Assembly (NCBI GenBank): GCA_015680685.1
Contig: MNCI01003297.1
Span: 104,065 to 168,064, forward strand
Direction of reading: 5' to 3'
Source of the DNA: Gnetum montanum
Lineage: Eukaryota > Plantae > Gnetophyta
DNA length: 64,000 nt
In this document: piece after piece, positions 1 to 10,779 of the stretch
Layout: each line of letters opens with the position of its first letter
Position numbering within the stretch: position 1 is the stretch's first letter
Notes under the pieces: model-generated
The model's database searches: none
What the model saw: only the letters and a program-made list of their open reading frames with translations
Told to the model about the DNA's origin: nothing
Program-made: the position numbers and the translations under genes

Positions 1-956
1 GTGCATTGAATGAAAAAGTAGGATACGCTGGCTGCTATGCTGTGCTATGCTACATAGAATAGCATAGTGTAGCAATAATACAAAAGTAGCGAAAGTGTTC
101 CAAACGTAAGTCCAACAAGTTCAAAGGCTTCCTGTCACAAAGAACAAAAGTTGTAGTTGTTAGCATGACCAAGCCTCAGACGAATGCTTTCAATTTCAAA
201 AAAAATTTTAGTTAAAACCAGTGGCTACGCTATGCTACGCTACATAGCATAGCACAGCGTAGCAAGAAGCCACTTACACTATGCCAATATATTGGAACAG
301 TGTGAGTAACACAACACTAGTAAAAAAATTTCAAGAACTTGGGTAGTTCTAGAACTTGTTAACAACAATCTTCCTCACTCTGGCATCTCCTTGGTGGAAT
401 CAAAAATTTCACTCCATTTTTTTCGACAAGAACAATTAGCTTGTTGGCTTTTTGCATTGGCTGGTTGGCTTCTTGATTGGCCTCTTAGAAAACGGAGTTG
501 GATTTTTTTTTTGCTGCAATTGGCTTTTAAGCTAGCTTTTAGAAGGCATAGTTGGCATTTTCTTTAAGCATTCTAGTTACCCTTGAGTTCTCTGTGTGTC
601 TCTAGTATTGTATAACTTTTTGTACACTCAAATAAGGCAAAGATTGAATCTGCGACCTTAGGTTGGTGCATTTTCTCACCTGAGTTTGTTTTGTTATTTC
701 TTTGCTATTATCATTTTTTCCACTATTTTCTCCTTTCTGCATTTATTGCTCATCGATTTACCTCACATATCTCACTCTCGAAACAACATTTATGTAAGGT
801 TAAGATACACTGACTAAGTTCTTTTCCGATTAACCAAACTGTTTAGGGCACCCCACTTCCATTTTTCTCTAGTATGGCCCTCACATGGATTCGGGGTTAA
901 ATTGTTTGCCCAACAACCTCTTAGTGTTCCAGCCACTAATTTTTTCAGTTGCTACA
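1..956 (+). repeat. Element A 5' LTR (partial, with an internal ~342-bp deletion)
   Basis: Aligns to ~16071-17370 except 16490-16831; ends GCTACA just before the PBS. Confidence 0.92.
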
Positions 957-961
957 GTTTT

Positions 962-976
962 TGGCGCTAGAAGGAG
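962..976 (+). promoter_or_regulatory. Primer-binding site complementary to the tRNA-Asn(GTT) 3' end
   Basis: TGGCGCTAGAAGGAG, 5 nt after the LTR; plant tRNA-Asn ends CCTCCTTCTAGCG-CCA. Confidence 0.85.
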
Positions 977-1349
977 AGCCTTTTGGTGCCTTTTCCATGT
1001 CCTACGGGTAGTCCTGCACACTCTCTGTATCCTGTCACGCAATAGCATAAATGTGACACCCTTTTGTAGTTGTTTAAGCATCGTGTGATGTAGATTTGTC
1101 GCAACAACATTTCCTTTGGAACTTGGCAGGAAGAAAAGCCTCTGATCTCCCATTGATTTTTGTGTTTCTTGTTTGTGATCTCCCCTTTTTACCATGCAAG
1201 ATGATTTCGACAATGACCACTGCTTCCACCTCGAGCCTTGAGGCTCCTTTCTTGGCCTAAAGCACCATGCGTGCTAAGTAGCCACCTAGCTTAGTGCTGG
1301 TGCCATTCCAATCCGTTAGGATTTGACACATGTCAGCCAAGTTCTTGGC

Positions 1350-3600
1350 ACAAGATGCAGAGCATTATGACTTTATCTATGCAAAGATCTAAGAAGATCT
1401 ACCCCTGGATCGCCAAGAACTCGAGCACAAATGTAGTTTCAAGTTCCTTTATAGGAATGGGAAGGAGTTTTTCCCTAACCCCAATGTTGCCATCCCCCTA
1501 ATGGAGACATATCAGTGGATCTTTGATCAACTACTACGAGTTAGTGGGCCTAGGGAGTAGGACACGCTATCCCATTGTGATGAAGCATTCCAGAACCTGC
1601 AGGAAGACCTGGACTCCCAGTCTGAGAGGGGTGGTCAAACTTACCCTATGACCATCCCTTCTGCCACAACATTTAGATTAAACCCCCTTTTTGCGGTGGC
1701 TCCTTTTGTGATCACCACAAATCTACCTCAATCTATGTTCTCATCAGCCATGGGCAGCCATCCTACACCCTCAACATATCAGCAAGCACCTCCCTCAATT
1801 TCATACACAAGCATTCTCCCCCCATTCCATCTCGTCCTCATATCAAGTGTTGGTTACACCCACGCTGCCCTACATACACATCACTTCTACTTCATAGTTG
1901 CCCAGAGCCTCCACTCCTATCTCATCCTCTGCATCTATTCCATCATCAACGGCAAGTTCAGCCCCAATTGCGTGGTGGACCCCATCCACTTCACTCCCCA
2001 CCTCATAAACCCACCAGATCTCATATCACTCATATCACCAAGTATATCAAGCCCTGTAGGTGTCGTAACCAAGCGCGGGGCTATGGCCCATTCCATCAGT
2101 CATGCAAATGACCAACCCTGTAGCACCACTAGCGGTCGCTGCTCCACCAACACCACCCACTGGGTGGTGGACCTCACAAATTACACCCTTTACAAGGGTA
2201 GCCCTAACAACCCCCCCTATGAGCCAGGCTGCTACCCTTGCTACGCCACAAATGATAGTTGCCCCCGCAACCCTGCAACTATCTGCATTATCTCCGTGTT
2301 TGGATCAAGCATTTCAACTTATCCAGACCCTCACTGAAGAGGTTAAATGCCTCAAGGCCATCAATTTTGACATGGTGCAAGTCATGGATTTTTACCATGA
2401 TGACCCCATCAGCCCAACGGTTCCCATGCTTACATTACCCCCTAGGATGCCGCTCCCTCAATTTACAAAATATAATGAGGAGGTTGTCCCTAATGCGTAT
2501 TTGGTTACATTCAAGTCTGAGTCCTTATTGGTACAACAATGGTCGCATGTCATTATTCGCATCTTTGTTATGTCCCTGACAGGTAAATCTTTAGACTGGT
2601 ATCACGCGCTCCCATGCTCCTCCATCTCAACATTGGAGGAATTGCTGACCCTATTCATGACCCGCTTTAAGTATAACTTGAAGCCCGAGGTCACGCTAGA
2701 TCAGTTGATAGGAGTTAAGCAAGACCTGCTAGAGTCGATGTAGAGGTTTATATAGCGGTGGTGCATCACCTTGAGTGAGATCCATGAGCCTATCGCGGAG
2801 GTCCATTCGCTAGCCATCTTCAAGGGAGCAGTGAATGATTTCATCAAATCCAAGTTATATTACCTGGCCCCACGATCTCTTAGCCAAGCTTTTGCATAGA
2901 CAAAAAGTGTTCAAGACACGGTTGAAGCCAGTAAGGACCCAACCGATGTTGCATATAAAAATGCATATACTAAAAAGGACAAAGAGAAGGGCAAGGCTGC
3001 AAAGGCCATGGTGGTTGCAGTGGAAAACGAGGCCAAGTCCAAAAACAATAATAACAAGAAAGAGACCACAGAGTCAACTAACCCTGCGCCTAGTCCAAGC
3101 AATGCTACACAACCCTCCACATCAGCACCAGAAGCACCCACCCTACCTAAACCTAATTTTGAGGGTAAAGATCACTCCAAGTACACCCTGCTACCGATCA
3201 AGCCTTCAGAACTTCTAAAGAAATTATTAAGGGTGGGGCACATTCAACATAAGCAGATGTCAGAGGAGGCAACCAAAAGGCATTAATGGTATTGTGAACT
3301 TCTTAGGAACCCCTCCTTGGCTATGCCCAATGAGCCCCCAGTTCCTAAAAACTTCAGGCTGGAGTAGTTCTGTGACTATCATCAAGTTTTTGGTCATGAC
3401 ACAGATTACTGTTTGGCCTTAAAAGATGACATTCAATGGATGATTGATCAAGGGCAGTTGGTGCTAGATGAGATCAATCCCATCCACCTTGAAAATCAAT
3501 CCTTGCATGTTTACAAGGACCCCCTCAATTCTAATGATGCAGGGTACATCATTAACATGATTAGTGTAGACGGTAATCCAGAACTACCACAATAGGCATT
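1350..3600 (+). pseudogene. gag: Element A gag (N-terminal domain, Pro/Thr-rich linker, capsid-like domain, CCHC knuckle)
   Basis: FVMSLTGKSLDWYHALPCSSISTLEELLTLFMTRF (2102-2743 ORF); CDYHQVFGHDTDYC at ~3370-3412; stops and frameshifts. Confidence 0.88.
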
Positions 3601-4369
3601 TATGGTTCGTGTACCTCAACGTAGTGTAGCAACACCAACAATGACAAAAAAGAAAATGTAGCAATTGTTTGTCCTTAAGGTCCCTCCTTGAACATCCAGC
3701 CCTGCACCTTTTGTAGTCTAAACCACACCACCCCCCACACTAACACCACAAATACCATTCATCATTAGGGGGCCAAAGCACTCAATTTCCCCCATCCCAT
3801 AAAACTAGCATAAAATGGCATCATAGCCTTCTCGTTCAAGGAAATGGAAGAGCATCTGATAGGTGAAATGGCTACAGAACGTACCACCCCAAGTCCTTCC
3901 AAGCCTACTCCTTCATCCTCTGCATCTATGCCAGCCTTGTCACCAAAAGTTAATGCTGCTACAGGCAGATGATCATCGCTACCTTACTCGAAAGGGTTTA
4001 GCCCCAAACCCAAAATTGCTCCTCCTCAGGAAATCTGTCTTCTAGGATGAATGGAGGAAGAGAAGGGTTGTAAGCAACAGGAAGATGGATAGGACCTCTT
4101 AAGCGCTCTTACTTAGGTAAAATAGGGTCTAAAATAAAAGAACACAACGTTAAGCCTGTACAACCTAGTAATGACTTCCACCGCACATCACGAGGCTTTG
4201 GTTCACATGTTAACATCCATATCAGTTAATGAGAATATGCCGGCAGAAGAGAAAGAAATCCATTCGGTCATGCTTCCTTCTACGCCTAAATAACTGCAGC
4301 CATCCTAATTAACATTCCATGATGAGTCCATTAAGGAAGACCCTGAAAAGGGTTAGGCAATGACAGCAC

Positions 4370-4990
4370 CCCTATTCATCACAATTTGGGTTAGTAAACA
4401 CAGGATCTGAAGAGTACACGTTGATGATGGGGTTGCTGGAAACATCATCCCATTTCCCAAAAGGTGGACAAACTGGGTTTGGTAGACCAAATCAAACCCA
4501 CGAGAACGTCGTTTCTGAAGTCATTCAACAGGGTGCGAGTAGTGAAAGGTACTATTCACATTGACTTTGTGGAAGGGGACCAGTTCCCCACAAGTGCAAC
4601 ATTTATCGTGGTAGAAGAGATGCCCAGGTTTAACCTGATCTTGAGGGGATCGTGGTTAGCCCAACTCAAGGCTGTCTCTTCATCCATACACTAGGAAATC
4701 CATCTACCTTATGTAGGTAGGGATGTGGTGATTCATGGTGACGAAGTGATAAGTCAAGCAATAAATAAAGTAGATATGGAGCAAGGTTCAAAGGTCATAA
4801 CCTTTGAGAATGAGGCACCTATTTTTGTCGATACCAATTGTTTGACAAAAGAGCTGGCCCAAAATGTCGGTTTAGAAAATGAAACTGCATAGGCTGAGTT
4901 GCATTTTCAAGCAGTAGACGATGATGTAGAAGAATACTGCAACAAAGCCTCTCGGCCTTACATGTTGCCAAGTCCACGATGGGTTAGAAA
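4370..4990 (+). pseudogene. Element A aspartic protease
   Basis: RVHVDDGVAGNII (degenerate D-x-G) followed by FNLILRGSWLAQLKAVSSSIH; homologous to 58020-58367 in C. Confidence 0.85.
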
Positions 4991-5154
4991 GTAGTTGCGA
5001 AGATGATCGTTACTCATGTAGCATAACAACTCCATTGCTCCTTACCCAATTAACGCCCATTATACATTTATTCCCTGTTTTCTTCACATTTACTTATTTA
5101 CGCTAAGTGTCTAACTTATTCTTTAAATCGTTCACATGTCCTTCGTTTGTATTA

Positions 5155-5262
5155 TGCCGTGGCCCGCTAAGGCCTAAAACTAGCAAAATTTTTCTTTACC
5201 ATCATCGCCACGACCCGAAATGGCCTAAAACTAGCGATGGCCCAAAATGGCCTTAAACTAAA
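5155..5262 (+). repeat. Short array of GGCC(T/C)TAAA(A)CTAG motifs
   Basis: GGCCTAAAACTAGC twice and GGCCTTAAACTA; expanded counterpart at 57245-57690. Confidence 0.7.
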
Positions 5263-5436
5263 ATGAGATGTTCCAAAAGAATTCAATTCACAAATGAAAA
5301 GAGAATAAAATACAATAAAAAATAAATACATAAAACACGAGCAAAATAGATCCCTTCGTATTTCAATTTTTTTCTTTCATAAATTAATAATGTTTGTCAT
5401 ATTCATCAAATTCAAATAACTTGGTCAGCTGCTACA

Positions 5437-8400
5437 CTATGACACTTTGCCTATTCCATCATTTCCTACTTCAGTAGGCCCTATGTTTTCACCTAGATCC
5501 TACACCATAAAAAGATGAACTAGTCAGCTAAAGTCACCATAAAGACTCCAACAAAATAAATTGATGTTATGCCAAAGGGTAGCTAACCCGAGACGGCCCT
5601 ACATTTGTTTTAGGCGATATCTGATCTAGGCTTTCCACCAGGCGTCATAAGATCTCCTCTTCCATGATTTCAACCCAATTCCTGTCACCCAAATCAGCGC
5701 TTGCAGCAAATTTCTCCTTCTCCATGGATTTCCATCTTGGGGGTCCAAGAGAAAAGGCGGTAGTGGTGGTCTCACCCATAGGAAAGGTCACTTCCCTTTC
5801 TAGGGCTCACTCATTGTCACATGTTGCATGAACCTATTGTAAGCCCTAGAAGCACCAACAATATTAAGGAACACCTCATGAGTATGTAATTTGACAGAGG
5901 CATCCCTATATTGGTTACAATAGGTGGCATGTTCTAGCTTATACATATGCTTATGATTTTTCTGTGCCTGCCCCCATTCGTAAACCTTGGCCCAGTAATC
6001 TTTCCAGTCTTGATTCTTTTAGGCTAACGGGTCCATTTTCATGCTCTGCTCTATTATCTCACAGGTGGCCTCATTGTTGCATCGCACAGCCGTCTAGTAC
6101 CTCGCATAGTCAATGACAGCTATGCGCCAACTACCATCATTGGTGTCCTGAGCCAACAGGAATTTGTTCCTAGAATGGAGATCTCCTACCTCAATGGCCA
6201 GGTTGGCCTTCTCTTTCTCAAACCTCTGGACTCGTTTCCAGAGGTTTTTGTTTATGCACCTACATTCCCACAAGGAGCGTGCTGAGTACAAAGCACATTG
6301 GTTTGCCTCATTGTATATGTGACGAGGTACTTCAGTTACCTTTGGTGGAAATGCAGGCATGATGTTGACCTTAACTACCCACTTAGGGTCCCACTTGAGA
6401 TGAGAAGATGCCAAACCAAAAAAAAAAGAAATGCATTATTCATAGAGGTGTAGTGAATACAACGACAATGTAGAGTCTAGCATAGCATTTTAGCTTACCC
6501 ACTTTAGGGTTGACCTGCCTTACACAATCAATCATGTCATTGACTATCCCTTCCATAAAAGTAAATTTGTCATGGGTTTCAGTCCATGGTCGCAAGCGAA
6601 TTGAGGACGGGCCAATGGTGTCAATAGTGGTATCATCTACACGGTAAAACGTGTTAGTTAGAATGGAGAAAACCATAATAGAGTTGATGAATAGCATAAA
6701 TGATAGTGTAAAGCTCCTAGCTAGCAAACCCTCAAGGGTGATAGCACGCGGGGGGGGGGGGGGGGGGGGGNNNNNCAGGGGGGTCGCCCATTGGCACATT
6801 GTCAAATATGTGGTCAAACTCACCAGCACCCAAATGGAGCCCCTCTCCTTCCAACTGACCCAATAATGTAGCAGCATCCTCGATGCTCATGTGCCCCTCT
6901 AGCACTGAGCTTCTCTCTGCGAAAAGGTCGTCAACAAGGGCCTCCTCCTGGTTGCTAGGAGCCTCCTCCTCTTCTTCATCGGTAGAGACCTCCTCCTCAC
7001 CAGCTGAGGCCCTTTCTTTTATAGCAAGGGCCTCTTCTTCTTCGGCAGGGGCCTTCTCCTCTATAGCTAAAGCCTTATCGTTTTCGTCAGTTGCCCCTAT
7101 TTTAGGGGCCACCACCTCTTCTCCATCTTCTTCTTCTTCTTCCTCCTCCATTGATAAAGCATAGTCACAGTAAGTAAACTAGACTAACTTGAAGTAGATG
7201 CTACGCTGTTCTACGTTGTGCTACGCTATCTAGCATAACACAGCATAGCAAGCGCTAGCCAAAAAACAAATAAAATTAAAATAAAAAAAAGAAGAGAATA
7301 CTTACCAATTGGAGGCTGCACTCTACAAAGCTTGAATTGCAGCTTCTTCCCCCTCTCTTCGTTAGTATGTGGGGTCTTGTCAGCAGGGCGGGACATCTTG
7401 CATTGTAGCTTTGTTGTCACCATCTTTACAATGCGGCGTTCTCCCCTTGTCACATTGTCGATGGCCCAAAAATTGCATGCCACCCAATCCATAGTCATCA
7501 TTGAGAATGACTCCTCGATAGCTTTTGGGGGATCCTGAGATCGAGTGGTATGGAAGACTTGGCAGAACCATGGTTTAGAGATTTGGCTACGATCTTGCAA
7601 TACCTAGACCCCATTTTTGTGGACTACCAAGAATTATGCAAAACGCCATAGGCATGCTATGAAAAAGGCATGGTACACATTAAAAAAGGATTCAAGCTTC
7701 CTACAAAGCTTCACCATCTTAGCCTACATGCCTTTGCAAAGATGCTTGGCCCAATTGTAACGGGTCCCTTTTTCCATGATTTCCTTCATTATCCGAGCCT
7801 GCTCAATCCCAATTATTTTTCCTTGGGAAAACATCTTGGGGAAGGCATGGGCACAGAAGATAGGGTAAACCGTTTTGGCCACCCATAGCCTAGCTTTTTC
7901 CATATAAATCCCCTTTCGGTCCTTTGCAGCCCCTAGCCACTCCATCTTTCTTGGATTTTTCTCCCATGGGGAGACAATCAACGGGGACACCAAAATTATT
8001 CATGAACAATTGATCATTGACATCAAGTACCACGTGCACATCATAAACACGTGTGCAAAAGCGATCTACCTTTTTAGAGAAGAAGTTGGATAGGGAAAGC
8101 ATCTTAGTAGGCGGGACACTTAGATTAACCACCAAAACAAATCCATAAGCCCAGCCTCCTAAAGGTTATAAACTAGTGTGGTTAGGACCCTGTTGTAGAG
8201 TTAGCACTAGGTCTCCTCCACCTCCTCATACTTAAAGGAGAGGTTGGTCTCGTTGCGCCTGGAGGCAATCACAGTCACCTCCTGGGCTTTCTTTGTTACT
8301 AAAATGATTCACCAAAAAAATGAAAAAAAAAAGAGAAAGAGGGTTAGCAAAACGTAAACATTACTCAAACATTTAGTAGTGGATGCACACTTTAGCATAC

Positions 8401-10147
8401 CAGGTTTGAACGACATGGGAAATGGTGGGAGATCCACCAAAACATCTTCGATGGTGAGCGGCCTAAGGGATGTCCATTCCCTATCCAACCAACTGGCTTC
8501 TTTACATTTCCCATAAAACTGGGAATACCGAGTTGGATAGGTTTTGAACTCACCCCCGAATTGGCCTATCATGCTGGCATGCACATTCCCAGTGGAGGAA
8601 AACTCCCGCAGGGCCATCTATGCCAATGCCAAGGCGTTTGTGTCACCGTGAAGACCACTCCTATCAATAAAAAACCTGGTAACACAAAAAATAAACACAT
8701 ACACTGTTAACACCTGTGTCTAGTGTAGAATGGATTACATGAAAAAATACCTTCGTAGAACTCACTCATCGGCATAGTAAATGGTTCCAAGTGGATTATG
8801 GAAGTAGGTGCCCATGTGATAGGTGATGAACAACGTGTTGTATAAGTGGTAGCACTTATACTCAGGCATTTCCTAGATCCAACTTAGGTATCTTAGGCTT
8901 TTTGGATGCTGGTTGGAACCTTCTATCCAATCGGCCTTGATTGACCCATCAATCAAAAATTTTAAAATACCTTGGTTTGCCCCATGCAAAAGGGTTTCTG
9001 TGATTGCGGCTGCTATCTCTGCTGATAAGTGTGACCAAAGGATCACACTAAAGTGCTAGAGGAGGAACTATAGGAAGTCTCGTACGCCTTCCTGGAACCA
9101 AACCGCCTACCACTCCACACGTGCATGGGGAGGAAGGACATTGGCCACTGGTTCGCTTAGGCAGCATAAGAATCCTACGATTTCCAGAACAATCAAAATG
9201 GGTTTCAACATAACCCTGCACCAACGAAGAACCAAACATTAGCACTATGTACAAGAAAAGTTTATATGTAGCATAGCACAACCCTTTTTATTATGTATAG
9301 CGTAGCATGGAATTTTCAATAGTATATCAGGATTTCGCAGTCACAAAAAAAAAAACAACAAATGCAAACAAACAACAACAAAGCAAGCTTCACAGCGTAG
9401 CATGGTCATCAAACTGCACACAATACGATAGTGCTTAGATGACATGTAATGTAGCAAATAAACTAAAATAAGCAAGCATGCAACAACAATGTAATCAGAG
9501 CATCACTACAACAAGCATAGCAATACAGCAAGCTTAACAAATTCGGCAATGCAGTGGTATTATAGACTTAACAGCGTAACGATATGACAAACCTACTAAG
9601 CCTTGCAACATATTAGCATACTACAATAAAAACATTACAAAGTGTAAATAAGTAAGAGTTTACTGTGCTACAACCATCCCAACCATAATTCAGATGTACA
9701 AAATAACTCACATTGTACTACATTAAACATGTGTCTCGGTTGTCAAATCGTGCAAAAAGCCAAACCCTCTTGAAGGCGGCACACTACGCTAGCCACGTGC
9801 TAAGTCACCCAGGCTCGCTCAAACCCCCGCAACAAGGAAATCATTACAATGGTGACCAAGGTGATACTGCATGTGGCTGTATTCTAGTATCCGTACGATT
9901 GTTGTGATCGACCAGCGACAGTGATAGCGTAGCGGCCAAAAATGGTGATCAAAATGGTGGCAAAAGACGCAGATTTCAACAATAGCGATTGCAAAAATTT
10001 GAACAACAAAGGCAACGTAATAACTTACCGAGTGGATGGAGTCTCCTCTCGCACTACAACGCACACCTAAGTTAGGCATCCCAAAGTGTCCTTGACTTTT
10101 TCCACTTTAGCAAGCCCTCAGTGCTTATGTTCGCCTTTGGGTGCCAT
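5437..10147 (-). pseudogene. Antisense 8-exon cargo gene of element A (~1,100 codons): FCP1/NIF HAD-like domain, plant-transposon-protein-like domain, acidic tract, helical C-terminus
   Basis: Exons 10147-10029, 9215-8751, 8675-8401, 8298-7306, 7147-6730, 6636-6499, 6407-5588, 5499-5437. Introns are GT..AG (two acceptors point-mutated in A but intact in C), phases are compatible, and most stops are TAG/TGA. Exons 4 (part) to 8 are conserved in C at 54762-57073. Confidence 0.85.
8500..9215 (-). pseudogene. FCP1/NIF-type HAD phosphatase-like domain (exons 2-3 of the antisense gene), catalytic Asp motifs absent
   Basis: Spliced translation KPILIVLEIVGFL..VWFQEGVRDFL*FLL*HFSVILWS..KSLRYLSWI*..YHLYNTLFITY..NPLGTIYY..ALREFSSTGNVHASMIGQFG..SQFYGKC follows the motif order of plant NIF-domain HAD proteins; recognised by eye. 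Confidence 0.7.
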
Positions 10148-10279
10148 CGCTTCACTTGTAGATACTGTCGACTACTGCGCTACACTATTTCACCTTCTCT
10201 CGGCACGATTACACTACGCTCTAGATGTGGACTCTGCACTCTGACAATGAAAATGACAAGTTTACTAGGGGTAAACCCC

Positions 10280-10287
10280 TATTTATA
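10280..10287 (-). promoter_or_regulatory. TATA box for the antisense gene
   Basis: Minus strand reads GCTATAAATAGGGG about 135 nt upstream of the ATG at 10147. Confidence 0.65.
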
Positions 10288-10474
10288 GCTGACGCAGTGA
10301 AAAGAACTTGTCATTTTTGCACCCCGAGTAATGTGAAATGCCTCATGCAACGTAGCGCAGGTGTGTCATAAATCTGTGATAGCATCGCATTCCTATTATG
10401 CAAATAGGTGGACCCAGCCAAAAATTTCCCCACACCTTGAATTAGAAACCTACCTACATGAAGCCTACACATCA

Positions 10475-10702
10475 CGGTCTGCAAAGACCTTAAATTAGCA
10501 GCTTTACCTAAGAACCACATCACAGTCCGCAAAGACCTTAAACTAGTAACTTCACCTAAAAACCTGTTAACAGTCCACAAAGACCTTAAACTAGTAACTT
10601 TGTCTTATAAGCTATTAACGGTCCACCATGACCGTAAATTGGTAAAGTTAATTACATGTTTGAACCCGCTCATGGTCCACCAAGACCTTAAACTGGTAAC
10701 CT
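10475..10702 (+). repeat. Tandem array (~50-nt units) with core GTCC(G/A)CAAAGACCTTAAACT(A/G)GTAAC
   Basis: About 5 copies, at ~10477, 10525, 10573, 10621 and 10674. Confidence 0.85.
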
Positions 10703-10779
10703 ACCAACTTGGCCAAATGTTTAACAATCATTGCATGTTTCATTATTTCTTTGCTAATGTTTATTGTTATACGCTATAG

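Noticed and set aside
6750-6785. Poly-G run giving a poly-Pro or poly-Gly tract
   Set aside because: Adjacent to Ns; C has only CCCCCC here, so the length is unreliable
5437-10147. Antisense gene as a resident host gene or an independent nested transposon
   Set aside because: Same position in two diverged elements, no termini or TSD seen, and decay similar to the surrounding pol
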